Both the position numbers and the translations under genes were made by a program. Source: a virus (taxonomy: Duplodnaviria; Caudoviricetes). Taken from it: a stretch of 27,831 bases of DNA. This document shows positions 26,031 through 27,831 of this stretch, piece by piece. The notes below the pieces were generated by a model. That model searched no databases and was not told the origin of the DNA. It saw only the letters and a program-made list of their open reading frames with translations. The stretch lies in IMG/VR virus record IMGVR_UViG_3300010271_000145, positions 1-27,831 of that record, one strand, 5' to 3'. The first letter of the stretch is position 1. Each line of letters opens with the position of its first letter.

Positions 26031-26799
26031 TTCTTTTCACCCACCGGTAGCTTTTTCCTGAAAACTTGATGAATGTGCCACTCTCTAAGAGGCGGTCAAA
26101 TATCCGAGCCCCTAACCACCTAATCATTTCCTCTTGAGTTTTTAAGTTAGTGGTGATAACCGTGGTTTTTCGACTGTTATACCTTCCACCGATAATTTCG
26201 TAGAGCCGTTCTTTAGAGCGTTTACTCTCCACTTCTACCCCTAAATCGTCCAGTACCAGTAAGTCAGCAATTTTAAGTAATTCCAGTAAATCAAATTCTG
26301 CCTCTTTATTGCTGACCAAAGCTTTATCCAACCTATTCATTAAGTTCGAAACAGTATTAAATATCGCTGAAAAATGTCTCTTTTTGGCCTCATTGTAAAT
26401 GGAAAAAGCAAGGTGAGATTTACCAGTTCCTACGTCTCCAAAGAGGAAAAGACTATGACCAGTTTTCAGGTTTTCTTCTAAGTTCTCGATATATTGCTTA
26501 ACTTTCTCCCAGCCCTCTTTTACTCCCTCTCGGGGTTCAAAATTATCTAAAGAACAATCTTTATATCTTTCAGCGTCAGATAGAGAAAAGAAACTCTCCA
26601 GATATACGTCCAGTTCCTTCCGCTCTAAACGTTCTTTTTCTTCCTGGTATTGCTTAACTTCACACTCACAGGCAGGCACAACCCTATAAGTTCTACCTAC
26701 AACCTCTATTTCTACAGGCTTAAGCAACTTGCCACAAATTGTACACCTGCGCTCTGTGAATGCATCTTTACCTATTAAACTTTCAAGAGCTATTTCCAT
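26020..26799 (-). CDS. DnaC/IstB-like helicase loader ATPase
   Basis: N-terminal CxxC...CxC, Walker A 'GDVGTGKS', Walker B 'LLVLDDLG','ITTN','RIFDRL'. Confidence 0.93.
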   Translation of the reverse strand: MEIALESLIGKDAFTERRCTICGKLLKPVEIEVVGRTYRVVPACECEVKQYQEEKERLERKELDVYLESFFSLSDAERYKDCSLDNFEPREGVKEGWEKVKQYIENLEENLKTGHSLFLFGDVGTGKSHLAFSIYNEAKKRHFSAIFNTVSNLMNRLDKALVSNKEAEFDLLELLKIADLLVLDDLGVEVESKRSKERLYEIIGGRYNSRKTTVITTNLKTQEEMIRWLGARIFDRLLESGTFIKFSGKSYRWVKRNGK

Positions 26800-26805
26800 T
26801 TTTTA

Positions 26806-26874
26806 CCTCCATTTCCCCCTATCCGCCCCCGGGAGAGCGGGGGGAAACAACCCTCCCGGGGAACCAGAAGGAGG
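26806..26874 (-). promoter_or_regulatory. GC-rich structured intergenic element upstream of the loader RBS
   Basis: Two interleaved perfect inverted repeats: 26827-35/26853-61 (9 bp) and 26812-19/26840-47 (8 bp). Confidence 0.55.
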
Positions 26875-26879
26875 AGAAT

Positions 26880-27773
26880 CTATACTTCTACCACTTGGGG
26901 AGGGTTATATCCTCCTATTCCACCATACTTAGGTTCTTCCTTCAGCCATTTATCCACGATCTCGTCGTTGCGGAAAATGAATTCTGGAGTAGCATAAATT
27001 CTCCCTTTGTCATTCTCCCCGCAGTGAAAGGGGGAAGCCCGAATATTACGTATAACTGTTTTTAACTCTTCAGGGGTAAAATTCTTTAATCGAGCAGAAA
27101 TTTTCTTCTTCCGTTGAGGAGTTAATAGAAGTGGCTTAGACCAACAATCTTTAAATACTTCGTTATAGTAATCAAAAACTTCTTTAATGGATTGAGACGT
27201 TGGTTCTGATGAACCAACAGCGCCGTCAGGCGCAATTTCTTTTCTTTCTTTATTTATTTCTTTCTTTTCTTTACTGATACTGTTACTGATACTGTTACTG
27301 GTTTGCCAAACTGTTGCCATAACCGTTTCGGAAGAGTTTAAGGATGGTTTAGCAAACCGTTCCCGTAACCGTTCCTGTAAGGGTTTCATAAAGGGTTTAT
27401 CTAACTGTTTCAAAATAGCTAAGAGATCTTGGAATAAAGAGGTTGTAGGTGTTTCACTAAGTTTACCAATTGCACTTTTTACTTGATTAGAATTTTCCAA
27501 AGGATTGTGTTTAAGATAATTACAGATAAATATAACGTTGGTTTCAAAATCATATTTTACTAACCCTTTATCTAACAGTTCCCCTAACCCTTTCCTAAAC
27601 CGTTTCTCGTCCCACCCCAAGTCAAAACAAGCGTAGGGAAGGGGAAGGAAATAGAGTCCGAGAATATTTCTATGGGGTGAAGTGAGGAGGTAGAGCATTA
27701 AATACCGGGCATCTTCGGATATGTTTCGTATCTTCTCATCCTGCCAGAATTTACTCTCAACTTTCGTATACAT
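26880..27773 (-). CDS. Phage replication initiator (replisome organiser)
   Basis: 'FWQDEKIRNISEDARYLMLYLLTSPH' N-terminal wHTH type, low-complexity linker, C-terminal 'VFDYYNE...ATPEFIFR'; AGGAGG RBS supports ATG 27773; upstream of the DnaC-like gene. Confidence 0.88.
   Translation of the reverse strand: MYTKVESKFWQDEKIRNISEDARYLMLYLLTSPHRNILGLYFLPLPYACFDLGWDEKRFRKGLGELLDKGLVKYDFETNVIFICNYLKHNPLENSNQVKSAIGKLSETPTTSLFQDLLAILKQLDKPFMKPLQERLRERFAKPSLNSSETVMATVWQTSNSISNSISKEKKEINKERKEIAPDGAVGSSEPTSQSIKEVFDYYNEVFKDCWSKPLLLTPQRKKKISARLKNFTPEELKTVIRNIRASPFHCGENDKGRIYATPEFIFRNDEIVDKWLKEEPKYGGIGGYNPPQVVEV
27271..27413. repeat. Iteron-like repeat array 1 (putative ori)
   Basis: TTACTGATACTG x2, then 12-bp units aaactgttgcca, taaccgtttcgg, and aaaccgttcccg, taaccgttcctg, taagggtttcat, aaagggtttatc, taactgtttcaa. 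Confidence 0.7.
27561..27608. repeat. Iteron-like repeat array 2
   Basis: Four tandem 12-bp units taaccctttatc, taacagttcccc, taaccctttcct, aaaccgtttctc. Confidence 0.65.
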
Positions 27774-27831
27774 TAAATTCCTCCTCATCTTTGGTCTCCA
27801 GCCACCTTTCAAAGGCTTTTTTGGACACAAA

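Larger units (their letters stand above)
1..27831 (-). mobile_element. Siphovirus-like phage/prophage segment (replication, packaging, head, tail, lysis)
   Basis: Continuous minus-strand gene array in canonical order: terminase, portal, protease, capsid, head-tail, tail tube, chaperones, tape measure, tail tip, lysis. No sheath gene. No integrase or att site in the window, so free phage versus prophage is undetermined. Confidence 0.97.

Noticed and set aside
26800-26882. Readthrough or frameshift fusion of initiator and loader through the structured spacer
   Set aside because: The spacer is 80 nt (out of frame for readthrough), and the loader frame has a TAA two codons before its ATG.
59-27065. 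All + strand ORFs in the track (e.g. 6733..7173, 9720..10241, 13722..14111, 18886..19350, 23110..23433)
   Set aside because: They lie antisense to well-supported phage genes, are Ser/Phe/Ile-rich shadow translations, and show no recognisable motifs.
27271-27608. CRISPR mini-array
   Set aside because: Units are 12-bp, degenerate, without spacers and inside a CDS.
27774-27830. Longer N-terminus of the initiator given by the ORF track
   Set aside because: An AGGAGG RBS sits just upstream of ATG 27773; the extension is probably not translated in this frame.
1-27831. Stop-codon reassignment
   Set aside because: Core genes are full length in the standard code, and TAA, TAG and TGA all end genes at sensible boundaries.

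Overview
The whole window is a co-oriented (minus-strand), tightly packed segment of a tailed, siphovirus-like bacteriophage or prophage with a low-GC sequence. Read from right to left it holds: (1) a replication module (initiator with internal 12-bp iteron-like repeats, DnaC/IstB-like loader ATPase); (2) a DUF1874 protein with the signature motifs of the AcrIII-1 anti-CRISPR ring nuclease, an Hjc-type resolvase, small ORFs and an HTH regulator; (3) HNH endonuclease, small terminase and PBSX-type large terminase; (4) an HK97-type portal fused to a Mu gpF/SPP1 gp7 domain, prohead protease and major capsid protein; (5) head-tail joining genes, major tail protein, a tail chaperone pair with a canonical -1 slippery site, and a TP901-type tape measure; (6) an unusual tail-tip region (tail-tube paralogue, hub-like protein, fibre-like proteins, stand-alone Kelch beta-propeller); (7) a lysis cassette. 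No integrase, RNA gene, CRISPR array or host gene is visible. The main points of interest are the AcrIII-1-like gene with an unannotated upstream ORF, strong GATC avoidance, a pseudoknot-like element before the helicase loader, and the tail-tube paralogue. All family calls come from motif recognition by eye, not from database searches.
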